Source of the DNA: an uncultured euryarchaeote
GTDB taxonomy: Archaea; Thermoplasmatota; Poseidoniia; Poseidoniales; Poseidoniaceae
DNA length: 48,696 nucleotides
Direction of reading: 5' to 3'
Assembly: GCA_937911345.1 (NCBI GenBank)
Contig: CALDPP010000197.1
Span: forward strand, 1 to 48,696
Made by a program: the position numbers and the translations under genes. Below are positions 1 through 9,712 of this stretch, one piece after another; the first letter of the stretch is position 1; every line of letters begins with the position of its first letter. Under the pieces are notes generated by a model. It was not told where the DNA came from, did not search any database, and worked only from the letters and a program-made list of their open reading frames with translations.

Positions 1-1089
1 GCCAGGAGGACCGCCTCGTGATGGTCCTCTAGGAGGGCCGCCTCGTGATGGTCCTCTAGGAGGGCTTCTTGACGGTAATTGAGGTTCCTCGTCATCTTCA
101 TCTTCGAAAATGGCTCCACAATGTGGACACTCATTATCACTTTCTTTGACTAATCCATCACATATTTCACAAGCAAACATTTCTTCATCATCTTGTTCTT
201 CCTCTGATAGATTCTCTATTTCACCATCTTTTGAACGGTAGAGGTTGATTTCTGCTACAAAATCAAAGCCTTTGAGGGCAATCTCCGTTTGCACCGCATG
301 CTCAAATGCCTGCGTTAGTTCTTCTGGAGTGTCAAGCACCCGGCCATCATCAATGTAAGTGATATTTACTGTTAAAATTCCATCATCTAGTTTAGCTTGT
401 GGAGTTTCAACAGCGACTCCTCTTTTTCTTGCAACTCTTCTGACCGCAACCTCGCACATTCTTCTTAGAAAAGCATCGTTAGGTGCATCTTTTTGACCAC
501 CTAAGGCACCAGATAGGATTTCTTGTGCAGCATTAGTTTCATTTCTCAGGTGACCAGGTAGGTCTGCTCCAAGATTTGAAAGCACATTCGATGCAGAAGC
601 CTGATTCATGTTGAGCCATTGGTTACGCCTTTCACTTTTCATGGCTTTTTCAGCTTCTGCAAGTCGGTTTACCATTTCATCTGTTGGGGATGTAGATGGA
701 TTCATTGGAGTAACATTTTGAACATTTGAAGGAGGTATATTTTGCAGATTATTCATTGGCATTTGTTGATTCAACTGGTTTTGGTATCCTTGCGGAGGAA
801 AGTTTCCAACTGGAGGTATGTTTTGCTGATTTTGCATACTTTGAGCAATTTGTCTCATCAACTCGGGTGAAACTGCGTTTGGATCGGTGACAGACATCTC
901 TCTCTGATGTCTTATTGCTTCACCAGACACAACGCCGAAACTTCTGCCACCCGTTACTTCTTGACCGGAAAGACCCACTGCATTTGGGGCGGTGAAGCCT
1001 CCTGCTCTGGACAAGTCTTGACGAGCACCACATTCTGGACAAAATATACTGTCTGCTGGTATCTCTTCACCGCAAGAGCCGCACTGCAT
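1..1089 (-). CDS. Double zinc-ribbon protein with a Q/N/P/M-rich region and Arg-Gly-Pro repeats (3' end runs off the window)
   Basis: Not in the ORF track. Manual translation from ATG 1089 (GAGGGG upstream) is open to base 1: MQCGSCGEEIPADSIFCPECGARQ...FACEICDGLVKESDNECPHCGAIFEDEDDEE...PPRGPSRGGPPRGPSRGGPPG. Confidence 0.85.
   Translation of the reverse strand, partial: MQCGSCGEEIPADSIFCPECGARQDLSRAGGFTAPNAVGLSGQEVTGGRSFGVVSGEAIRHQREMSVTDPNAVSPELMRQIAQSMQNQQNIPPVGNFPPQGYQNQLNQQMPMNNLQNIPPSNVQNVTPMNPSTSPTDEMVNRLAEAEKAMKSERRNQWLNMNQASASNVLSNLGADLPGHLRNETNAAQEILSGALGGQKDAPNDAFLRRMCEVAVRRVARKRGVAVETPQAKLDDGILTVNITYIDDGRVLDTPEELTQAFEHAVQTEIALKGFDFVAEINLYRSKDGEIENLSEEEQDDEEMFACEICDGLVKESDNECPHCGAIFEDEDDEEPQLPSRSPPRGPSRGGPPRGPSRGGPPG
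4..65. repeat. 27-bp tandem repeat (about 2.3 copies visible) encoding RGPSRGGPP
   Basis: aggaggaccgcctcgtgatggtcctct (4-30), aggagggccgcctcgtgatggtcctct (31-57), aggagggc (58-65). Confidence 0.9.
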
Positions 1090-1280
1090 ATTATCCCCTC
1101 ATTCTAACGGTGGGTTAATTCCCAATAAAGCCTTACTATGATTTACCCCCTCAATTAACCCGATTGTTTATGAAAAATGATGATGTTAATTTTGTCTGTT
1201 AATTGATAGTACAGTAATTATACAATCATTCTACCATAGGGTCAAAAACGATTACTTTGTGGCACTAATCGAGGGATTTA

Positions 1281-2300
1281 ATGTCAGTACTTATCAATGA
1301 AAAGATTGACAACTTGCTAAAAAACACATCTAGGTCATTTTATCCCACCCTCAAGTACCTACCAAAAAAAGTTCGAGGCCAGATAGGACTACTGTACCTA
1401 TTGGCAAGGGTTGCAGATACGATTGCTGATTCGAAACATGGGGTAACCCAAGAACTTCTAGAATGCTTGAAAGAGTACAATCAGGTAGCGCAGGGTAACT
1501 CTTCACAACTTCCTGATTTTACAAAGTTAGCCGAAATTCAAGAAAATCCAAATGAGGCTGAACTGTTGATGAATGTAAGTGATGTCATTGAAGGATTACA
1601 GGTTTACGATGAAGGTGATAAGCAGCGAATGCTGGAATGTTTGGATATAATTATTGGTGGTCAAATACTTGACTTAGAAAGATTCGGTATAGCAAAGGAG
1701 GGTGGTAAAATATCTGCATTGAATGATAATGTAGAGATGGATGATTATACCTACAGGGTTGCGGGTTGCGTCGGAGTATTTTGGACTAAAATGTCGTTAG
1801 CTCATTTGATTTCGATGCCCGAAGAAAAGCAAGAAGTGTTTTTTGAGAGAGGCATTAGATTTGGTAAGGCATTACAAATGATCAACATTCTAAGAGACAT
1901 CCCTGAGGACTTGAGGTTTGGCAGATGCTACATACCCAAGCAAGATTTAGACAAATATGGATTGAATCCTGAAGATTTACTGAACCCAGAAAACATCGAT
2001 AAATTTAGGCCATTATATGACCAATACCTAGATTTAACCAACGAACATCTTGATGAAGCAATTGAATATATCAAGATGCTCCCTGAAACACAATTCAGGC
2101 TGAAAGCTTCTTGCATGTTACCAGTTTTAATTGGCCAAAGAACTGTTACTTTACTTAGAGAAGGTAATATCCTTGATTCTGCAGACCGAATCAAAGTTAC
2201 TCGTGATGAAATAAAATCATATGCTAGAAAATTACTCAGGGCATTGATTATTCCTGGCGGCGTAAAAAGGTTGTTAGAGAAAAATAAAGATGTTAAATAA
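1281..2300 (+). CDS. Squalene/phytoene synthase family protein (squalene synthase-like)
   Basis: TSRSF flap motif, YLLARVADTIAD, YTYRVAGCVG, GKALQMINILRDIPED, GRCYIP. Confidence 0.88.
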   Translation: MSVLINEKIDNLLKNTSRSFYPTLKYLPKKVRGQIGLLYLLARVADTIADSKHGVTQELLECLKEYNQVAQGNSSQLPDFTKLAEIQENPNEAELLMNVSDVIEGLQVYDEGDKQRMLECLDIIIGGQILDLERFGIAKEGGKISALNDNVEMDDYTYRVAGCVGVFWTKMSLAHLISMPEEKQEVFFERGIRFGKALQMINILRDIPEDLRFGRCYIPKQDLDKYGLNPEDLLNPENIDKFRPLYDQYLDLTNEHLDEAIEYIKMLPETQFRLKASCMLPVLIGQRTVTLLREGNILDSADRIKVTRDEIKSYARKLLRALIIPGGVKRLLEKNKDVK

Positions 2301-2445
2301 TGCTTTCAACAGCCTTAGTAAAGTAATACTTACATATTTCAAAAACCTGCAAATGCGATTTTTCAACTGCAATTTTTTATGTTATTTACTGATGCTTTCT
2401 AACAAAGCAATAAAAAAGGAGGACTAGCACATATGACTGATAGGG

Positions 2446-3741
2446 ATGTTGGAACGCCGGAAACCTTTGGATTTGTTGTTTCCTCTACAAGGAAATGCAA
2501 AATCCAGAGAAAACGGTGATGAAGCACCAAAAATGACTACTCTAGACAGGTTGCGTGCTGGTGTTGTTCTAGCCCGTGATGCTGTGAAAGCTGTTAGTGT
2601 GACAGCAATGGAAGCCCTAAGAGAGGGTGTTGCTTTCATAGGAATCACCGAGAAGAATGAGTTAGTAGATCCTTTTCAAAACCTTGACGCACCTATTTGG
2701 TCTGAACAACCTCCGCAAGAATTACTAAAATTAGCATACCAGTATTGCGAGAAATTGACCATTCAAGAGGCTGGAAACTTCTATCATTCGTTCAAATATT
2801 TACCTGACGAACAAAGGCTAGCAATGTGTGCAGTCTACGCATTTTGCCGAAGAGCTGATGACATTGCAGATGGCGACTGGGCTGATAGATTCCCGGGCAG
2901 TAATGGTCAAACAGACCCAGAAGCTGTGGCTTACAGACAACAATTAGAAGCACTGCAAAACAGAGGCACAATTCTCGATCAAGAATCTTACCTAAACAAA
3001 ATCACTCAACTATTTTTCTTTAGGAAGAAACTGTCAACCTGCTACACAGAAGTTTATTCTACAGACCCGGTATTTCTAGCATTGAAAGACACCGTAGACA
3101 GGTACGGAATACCAAGAAGTGTATTTGATGACTTGATATCAGGAATGGAAGATGACCTGTACAATAACAGGTATCGAACCTTTGATGAATTATACGATTA
3201 CTGCTATAGAGTTGCATCTGTTGTTGGTTTGATGTGTATTGAAATATATGGTTACAGTGACCCAATAGCAAAGAAATATGCTGAGTCTTGGGGGATTTTT
3301 ATGCAACTGACCAATGTCTTGAGAGATGTTGGAGAAGACATAGAAAGAGATAGAGTCTATCTACCACTCGACGAACTTGAAAAGAACGGTATCCAAGAAG
3401 TAGAACTAGATGGTAAAGTAGTGCTAAACAAAACTTGGGAACCTTATTGTTACCACTATGCAAGAAGGGCTAGAACCTACCTTGAAGAAGCTAGACAATT
3501 GTTACCTCTATTGCCACGTAGGACAAGATATTCTCCTGCAGCAATGATTGCTTTTTACGATAAAATCTTGCGCCAAATTGAGAAGGAACAAGGTGACGTT
3601 TTCACAAAGAGAGTAAAACTAAACAAGATTCAGAAAATGAGTCTAGCAGCGGCCGTTTATGTAAGGCACAGAATGTTGCCTAGAATACTAGATCCTATCT
3701 GGAATGGTCTAGCAAGGATAGGTCTACTACCATCAGTATGA
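2446..3741 (+). CDS. Phytoene/presqualene-diphosphate synthase (CrtB/HpnD-like) with N-terminal extension
   Basis: NFYHSF, VYAFCRRADDIAD, YCYRVASVVG, QLTNVLRDVGED, RVYLP. The start could be the later ATG at 2533. Confidence 0.88.
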   Translation: MLERRKPLDLLFPLQGNAKSRENGDEAPKMTTLDRLRAGVVLARDAVKAVSVTAMEALREGVAFIGITEKNELVDPFQNLDAPIWSEQPPQELLKLAYQYCEKLTIQEAGNFYHSFKYLPDEQRLAMCAVYAFCRRADDIADGDWADRFPGSNGQTDPEAVAYRQQLEALQNRGTILDQESYLNKITQLFFFRKKLSTCYTEVYSTDPVFLALKDTVDRYGIPRSVFDDLISGMEDDLYNNRYRTFDELYDYCYRVASVVGLMCIEIYGYSDPIAKKYAESWGIFMQLTNVLRDVGEDIERDRVYLPLDELEKNGIQEVELDGKVVLNKTWEPYCYHYARRARTYLEEARQLLPLLPRRTRYSPAAMIAFYDKILRQIEKEQGDVFTKRVKLNKIQKMSLAAAVYVRHRMLPRILDPIWNGLARIGLLPSV

Positions 3742-3749
3742 GTATGATT

Positions 3750-4925
3750 TTACTGAGTTCGGGTGAATGCCTGAATACCTGTGATGTATCTACCTAGAAT
3801 CAAGTTGTGGATATCGTGGGTTCCTTCATAAGTCTTAACTGACTCTAGATTAGCCATGTGCCTCATAACTGGGTATTCATCTAGTATACCATTTGCGCCG
3901 TGAATGTCACGTGCACTTCTAGCAATTTCTAGAGCGATATCGACATTATTCATCTTTGCTAGTGAGATTTGTTCATTGAACCATGTACCATCGTCTTTCT
4001 TTTTACCTAAATGGTAAGCGAGAAGTTGACCCTTAGTAATCTCTCTTAACATCCAAGCTAACTTGTTTTGTACTAATTGATAAGATGCTATCGGCACATC
4101 GAATTGTATTCGTGATAATGCGTAGGTCTTTGCGCTGTGGAAACATGCCATTGCGGCTCCAAGAGCACCCCAAGAGATTCCATAACGAGCATTGTTCAAG
4201 CATGAAAATGGCCCTCTAAGACCCTTGACTCCCGGCAAAATTCTGTCCTTAGGAATCTTGCAGTCTTGGAATACTAATTCACTTGTAACTGATGCTTTTA
4301 GGGAATGCTTTCCTTTCATTTCTGGAGCGGAAAAACCTTCATCACCTTTTTCGACAATGAATCCCTTAATCACACCATCTAGTTTTGCCCACACTACTGC
4401 GACATCAGCAATAGTGCCGTTCGTAATCCACATTTTTGCTCCGTTCAAAAGATAATGGTCACCCATATCTTCTGCTTTAGTAATCATGTCACCAGGGTTA
4501 GACCCATAATCCGGTTCGGTAAGTCCAAAACAGCCAATCATTTCACCTGAAGCCATTTTTGGCAGATAGTGATTCTTTTGTTCCTCACTGCCAAAATCCC
4601 AAATTGGATACATAGCAAGAGACCCTTGCACTGAGGCAAAAGAACGCAGACCGGAATCTCCTCTTTCAAGCTCTTGACAGATTAAACCGTATGCAACATA
4701 TGAAAGTCCCGGGCACCCATATCCCTTCAACGGTGCGCCTAGGACACCCATCTCTCCTAGAGCAACTCGCCACTCATCGGGAAATATCCCTTTTTCACAA
4801 GCATGCTCAATTTTTGGCAAGACTTCCTCGTCTACCCACTCCCTGACCATATCTCTGATCATTATTTCTTCTTCTGTTAGTAGGCTTTCTATATCGTAAA
4901 AATCGAGCCCTTCGAACTGCTCCAT
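3750..4925 (-). CDS. gcdH: Acyl-CoA dehydrogenase, glutaryl-CoA dehydrogenase type
   Basis: GCFGLTEPDYGSNP, NGAKMWITNG, CLNNARYGISWGALG, TYEGTHDIH. Confidence 0.85.
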   Translation of the reverse strand: MEQFEGLDFYDIESLLTEEEIMIRDMVREWVDEEVLPKIEHACEKGIFPDEWRVALGEMGVLGAPLKGYGCPGLSYVAYGLICQELERGDSGLRSFASVQGSLAMYPIWDFGSEEQKNHYLPKMASGEMIGCFGLTEPDYGSNPGDMITKAEDMGDHYLLNGAKMWITNGTIADVAVVWAKLDGVIKGFIVEKGDEGFSAPEMKGKHSLKASVTSELVFQDCKIPKDRILPGVKGLRGPFSCLNNARYGISWGALGAAMACFHSAKTYALSRIQFDVPIASYQLVQNKLAWMLREITKGQLLAYHLGKKKDDGTWFNEQISLAKMNNVDIALEIARSARDIHGANGILDEYPVMRHMANLESVKTYEGTHDIHNLILGRYITGIQAFTRTQ

Positions 4926-4988
4926 GTGTTCTCCCCAATGTTACGGGGACATAGGCGCTTCAATAACCTAACTACAACCAAGAAAAAA

Positions 4989-6164
4989 TTATTTTTTCTT
5001 TTTCCTGACAAATTGATTATATTTTCTTTGTAAAAATGGACTGTTCATGTATATTAACCCTAAAATTACTCCCGGTACAGAAACGGAGACTGCGATTAAA
5101 ATAGCCGTCGTAAGCATGGTATTTTCAATCTCAATTTGATATGGTTCAAAAGATATCAAATTGCCGTTGGAGGTAATTACAAAACCGCTATTGAAACTAT
5201 TTTCCCAAACATAGGATATTTGTCTCCCTGCAATTACTGAGTCCCAATCAGCCATTTGCTCGGAAGATATTTGCACTTTTGCAACATCGTTTAGCGGCTC
5301 ATATCTTACTGTCGCAGAAGGTGCAAGGTGAATAATTGAGGTACTGGAATAACCTCTTGACGATGAAATAAAATCACCATCAAGGGTTCGATATTCAACC
5401 ATACTTCCTACATCGGACCTAGTATGATCTATGGTGTTCAGTAGAATAGATATCATTCGCAAACCGCTTCCAAATGCAACACATTCATTCAGAGCGACAT
5501 CTGGACAATCGACATCAACCCAGGTATCTGTTTTTGTCCCGCTTATCCATGAGATATTATGTGCTTGCCCAATCACTCCCAAACCACTGGAGATAGTCGA
5601 TACTACACACAAGTCATAATTCATGTGACATGAAATTCCAGTTATTTCAGAGTCGGCATCATTACCTAGGTTCATGAATCCAGTACCTTCTGAAAATCGC
5701 CAAATTGAACCATCTTTACCTCCGAAGTATGCGTAATCACCTGCGCTTCTCCATTCTACAGAACTCATATCGCGTCCTAGAATTGCGCCTGTTCCATTTA
5801 CGATTGTGACACTATGATCTACTTTTTCATATCTCATCGCGGTACCAAAATCTCCTGCAATCAAGGCCGCCTCGCTTCTAGGATGCCACGAAATATCATT
5901 GAAATCGTTGTCTCTGGCACTATTGAGTTCTATATCTAAAGAACGATCTCCAGCATTTTTTGCAGATACTAAGTGTACATATCCTTCATTCCCCACCAAT
6001 AAAACTGATTTGCCATCGGGTGACAAGGCTCCGGTTGAGATTCCAACGTCATACTCCGCAATCGATGATTCAAGTGACAAATCGACTTGCTTGCTTTCAG
6101 CGATTACTATTGGAAGTAGTAAAATTAGTATCATGGATACTGGTAAAAGATAGTTAACTCGCAC
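4989..6164 (-). CDS. Exported WD40-like beta-propeller protein with C-terminal membrane anchor
   Basis: N-terminal signal peptide, blade-like repeats (ALSPDG, ISWHP, VEWRS), C-terminal hydrophobic helix followed by RKKKK. Confidence 0.65.
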   Translation of the reverse strand: MRVNYLLPVSMILILLLPIVIAESKQVDLSLESSIAEYDVGISTGALSPDGKSVLLVGNEGYVHLVSAKNAGDRSLDIELNSARDNDFNDISWHPRSEAALIAGDFGTAMRYEKVDHSVTIVNGTGAILGRDMSSVEWRSAGDYAYFGGKDGSIWRFSEGTGFMNLGNDADSEITGISCHMNYDLCVVSTISSGLGVIGQAHNISWISGTKTDTWVDVDCPDVALNECVAFGSGLRMISILLNTIDHTRSDVGSMVEYRTLDGDFISSSRGYSSTSIIHLAPSATVRYEPLNDVAKVQISSEQMADWDSVIAGRQISYVWENSFNSGFVITSNGNLISFEPYQIEIENTMLTTAILIAVSVSVPGVILGLIYMNSPFLQRKYNQFVRKKKK

Positions 6165-6254
6165 ATTCCTTCCACAAAGTGCTCAATCAAAACATTTCTC
6201 TAAAACCTTTTTTTGACGGTGAGCCTTATGTTCGATGGTGTTTTGGCCGTACTC

Positions 6255-6779
6255 ATGGAGAAATTCTCAGTTAAGCGTGGCCTAGTTAAACAGATTGGTG
6301 GAAATGCAGGACTTGCAAAATTAGCAACAGAATATTTTGACAATGTGAACGCAAATTCCGATGGTGAATTCACTGCATCATTCGGAATTTTGACCAAAGT
6401 TTCAGGACAATTTGACAGTGATGGGAAACTGGCTGTTGATGTTGAGCAATTGAAGGGCGAAGCATTATCCGACTTTCTAAGCAGTGATGGTGGAAGAGAG
6501 CAGGCAATGGAATCTCGAAAGCGGTGGTCTGGTTTTCTTGACCAAGCTACTGGCTACAACGCCAAACAGAGAGGCGACAAAGCCAAAGAGGAAGCAAAGA
6601 AATTCTCCAAGGCAAAGTCCGCTATCAAAATGGCTCACAAATCTATGGAAATGAGTACTAAATTAACCGATGAAGTAAAAGAAAAAGCACTATCGATGAT
6701 CGCTGAACTTGAATCAATGATTGAGAGTGGTGACGCCCCATCTGAAGGTAAAGTGAAGAAACTCAACGATTTGTTTTGA
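6255..6779 (+). CDS. DUF5611-like archaeal protein with helical C-terminal extension
   Basis: MEKFSVKRG start, ASFG, RKRWSGFLDQATGYNAKQR. ATG 6255 preferred over the ORF-track start at 6213. Confidence 0.6.
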   Translation: MEKFSVKRGLVKQIGGNAGLAKLATEYFDNVNANSDGEFTASFGILTKVSGQFDSDGKLAVDVEQLKGEALSDFLSSDGGREQAMESRKRWSGFLDQATGYNAKQRGDKAKEEAKKFSKAKSAIKMAHKSMEMSTKLTDEVKEKALSMIAELESMIESGDAPSEGKVKKLNDLF

Positions 6780-6788
6780 GGTGAAATA

Positions 6789-7940
6789 ATGGATATTGAA
6801 CAAATGTTGATTCAATATCAAGAACATTGTCCAAGATTAGCCGAATTAGATGATAATCAAAAGGCAAGAGTACACAAAATAATTGGTTCAGTTGAAGAGA
6901 CGGTTGGCCTAAATTATCTAGTTGACTGTATCGCTGACGGAGTTAGTGCTGGAGGAGATGGAGTATTGAGATGTTATGTCGGTTTTGAACCATCGGGAAA
7001 GGCTCACATTGGATGGAAGGTTTTGTCATTACAACTAAAAAGAATGCTTGATGCAGAAGTTAATGTTTTGATTTTCTTGGCTGATTGGCACGCATGGATA
7101 AACGATAAATTCGGCGGCAATATGGCACACATTCAAACGACTGCGAAGTATATGGAAGACACTTTTAGGGCTTTACTTGATTACCCTCCAGAAGGAGATG
7201 GGCCTGGTGAATTAAGGTTCTTCTATGCTTCAGAACTCATGGATAATGGTGATTATTGGGCAAGGGTATTAAGATGTTCGAAAGGTGCTACCTTAGCAAT
7301 GGTTAGGAAAACATTCACCATAATGGGAAGAGATGAAGCATCATCAGACCATGACTTGTCTAAATTCTTCTATCCTGCAATGCAGGCAAGTGACATATTT
7401 GAATTAAAAATGGATATTGCAATAGGTGGCATGGACCAAAGAAAAGCACACATGTTCATGAGAGATGTTGCGAGTAAATATGGCTGGAAAAAAGCTACAT
7501 GCCTACATACACCAATAATATCATCCTTGAAATCAAGCGGTTCAAGGATGGAAAGTTTTGACCACAAAATGAGTAAATCAGATCCTGGTGGAGCCATACT
7601 AATTCACGATGAACCAAAACGTCTAAGGAAGAAGATGCAGAAACATGCTTACCTAAACACTGAGGATGAAAATTCTCCGATATACGAACTTGCAGAACAT
7701 GTGATTTTGCCTGAATTTGGAGAAATAATTGTAACTCCTAATCCTAAATTTGGGGAACCATCGACTTGGACTAATGTTGAGGAATTTAGGAATGCTGTAA
7801 TGGATGGAACCCTTCACCCACTTGATGCCAAATTTGGAATTGCAGATGGAATTTCAAGAGGACTTGAAACAGTTGCAAACCATTTTGATGAAAATCCAGA
7901 GTTGCTTGACAGAGTCAATGAATTGATAAACAACAAATAG
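6789..7940 (+). CDS. tyrS: Tyrosyl-tRNA synthetase, archaeal type
   Basis: YVGFEPSGKAHIG, LADWHAWIN, YPAMQASD, GGMDQRKAH, KMSKS, LHPLDAK. GAGGTG ribosome-binding site. Confidence 0.95.
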   Translation: MDIEQMLIQYQEHCPRLAELDDNQKARVHKIIGSVEETVGLNYLVDCIADGVSAGGDGVLRCYVGFEPSGKAHIGWKVLSLQLKRMLDAEVNVLIFLADWHAWINDKFGGNMAHIQTTAKYMEDTFRALLDYPPEGDGPGELRFFYASELMDNGDYWARVLRCSKGATLAMVRKTFTIMGRDEASSDHDLSKFFYPAMQASDIFELKMDIAIGGMDQRKAHMFMRDVASKYGWKKATCLHTPIISSLKSSGSRMESFDHKMSKSDPGGAILIHDEPKRLRKKMQKHAYLNTEDENSPIYELAEHVILPEFGEIIVTPNPKFGEPSTWTNVEEFRNAVMDGTLHPLDAKFGIADGISRGLETVANHFDENPELLDRVNELINNK

Positions 7941-8025
7941 AGTTGTGACTCGTATTGTTTTGCTCTAATAAATTAATACAAATGTTCATCAATTGAATTC
8001 CCTAGGAGTAAATATTGGTGAGACC

Positions 8026-8763
8026 GTGGTCAACATTGCTGTACTAGTTAAACAAGTTCCAGATACTAATTCAAAAATTCAGATTTCAGGTGACAGAGTT
8101 GATTTGTCTACTGTCAAGATGGATATTAGCCCTTATGACGAGTTTGCAGTTGAAAATGCTCTGCAACACAAAGAATCGGGTGGTGGTACCGTTACTGCGA
8201 TTACCGTTGGCTCCGCTGGAGCAGACAAGGTATTGAAAGGCGTCAAGGCACTAGGTGTTGACAATATAATCAGATTAGACTGTGACAGTTACATGGACTC
8301 GAATGCACTTCAATCAATCCTAGCACAAGAGATTTCATCGGGCGGCTATGACGTTGTGTATTGTGGCAAATCCGCAGCAGACACAGGCGCTGGCTCAACC
8401 GGACCCGGTTTGGCAGAGAGACTCGGATGGGGATCTGTCTCAAACATCACAGACATCACATTTGACGGTGGTTTAACTGTTACATCTCCATCTGAAGGAG
8501 GTAACGCAATAATTTCCGTTACACTTCCAGCTGTTGTTAGTTGTGACAAAGGTTCCACAAAGGTAAGGAAATCTAATGTTAAAGGTATAATGATGGCAAA
8601 GAAGGCACAAGTCGATGTTAAAGCAGTTGCAGCACCAGTATCATCTGTTTCAATTGTTTCACACATGATGCCTCCTGCTAAGCCTGCCGGTAAGAAATTT
8701 GAGGGCGGAGAATCCGCTCAAACAGTCGCACAGCTTCTTAGAGACGAAGCAAACATAATTTGA
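8026..8763 (+). CDS. etfB: Electron transfer flavoprotein beta subunit
   Basis: VLVKQVPDT, PYDEFAVE, CGKSAAD. GTG 8026 follows GGTGAG. Confidence 0.92.
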   Translation: MVNIAVLVKQVPDTNSKIQISGDRVDLSTVKMDISPYDEFAVENALQHKESGGGTVTAITVGSAGADKVLKGVKALGVDNIIRLDCDSYMDSNALQSILAQEISSGGYDVVYCGKSAADTGAGSTGPGLAERLGWGSVSNITDITFDGGLTVTSPSEGGNAIISVTLPAVVSCDKGSTKVRKSNVKGIMMAKKAQVDVKAVAAPVSSVSIVSHMMPPAKPAGKKFEGGESAQTVAQLLRDEANII

Positions 8764-8773
8764 GGTGGAAAAA

Positions 8774-9706
8774 ATGTCAGACACAATAGTAATCGCAGAA
8801 TTATCAAAAGGAAAAATGAGCCATACTACCAATGAATTGGTAACTGCTGCAAATAAACTCGGAACCAGTTGTACAGTTATTGTACCATGTTTAGATTCAT
8901 CTGTTGCTACTGATGCAAGTAAGATTTCTGGCGTAACAAAAGTTATTGCTGCAAAATCCGATGTTTTCGCCAGCTATGATGCGGCTGCATGGGCTGAAGC
9001 AATAGATACCGTTGCTCCATCAGGAACAATGATTACATCAGCATCAGCACAATCAAAAGACCTAGCTGCGAGAATTGCCGCTAGACGTTCAATATCTGTT
9101 GTTCAAGATGTCATCTCAATCGATGGCACTACACTCTCAACTCCAATTTACTCCGGTAAAGCAATCCAGAATGTTTCAATTAACGGCGATGCAGTCATCA
9201 GTGTGAGAGCAAACATATTCCCACCATCAGACAACAACGGAAACTGTGAAATGCAAGTCATCGACACAACTGGAAATGTTTCAACTGCAATTAAAGAAAT
9301 GGTACAACGTGCTTCACAGAGACTCGATGTCTCTGAGGCAAACATAATCATCTCTGGAGGGAGAGGTATGGGTACACCTGCAAACTTCAGCCATCTGGAA
9401 GAAATTGCAGATAAACTAGGAGCCGCAGTTGGAGCATCGAGAGCAGCTGTTGATACTTGGGATGAAATCCCACACTCAATGCAAGTTGGACAAACTGGCA
9501 AAACAGTAAATCCAAATTTGTACATTGCAGTAGGGATTTCAGGAGCAATACAGCACCTTGCGGGAATGCGATCTTCAAAATATATCGTTGCAATCAATAA
9601 AGATGCAGATGCACCAATATTCCAACATGCAGACTATGGAATTGTCGCAACTTGGGAAGAAGCACTCCCTGTGTTAAGCAGTTCATTGTCCAGTTTACTA
9701 GGCTGA
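8774..9706 (+). CDS. etfA: Electron transfer flavoprotein alpha subunit
   Basis: ISGGRG, GASRAAVD, QVGQTGK, AVGISGAIQHLAGM, INKD. Confidence 0.95.
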   Translation: MSDTIVIAELSKGKMSHTTNELVTAANKLGTSCTVIVPCLDSSVATDASKISGVTKVIAAKSDVFASYDAAAWAEAIDTVAPSGTMITSASAQSKDLAARIAARRSISVVQDVISIDGTTLSTPIYSGKAIQNVSINGDAVISVRANIFPPSDNNGNCEMQVIDTTGNVSTAIKEMVQRASQRLDVSEANIIISGGRGMGTPANFSHLEEIADKLGAAVGASRAAVDTWDEIPHSMQVGQTGKTVNPNLYIAVGISGAIQHLAGMRSSKYIVAINKDADAPIFQHADYGIVATWEEALPVLSSSLSSLLG

Positions 9707-9712
9707 ATTAAA

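Noticed and set aside
4-65. 27-bp direct repeats as a CRISPR array
   Set aside because: The repeats are contiguous, have no spacers and are in frame within a coding low-complexity region.
907-1107. 66-aa plus-strand ORF
   Set aside because: Antisense shadow of the minus-strand zinc-ribbon gene.
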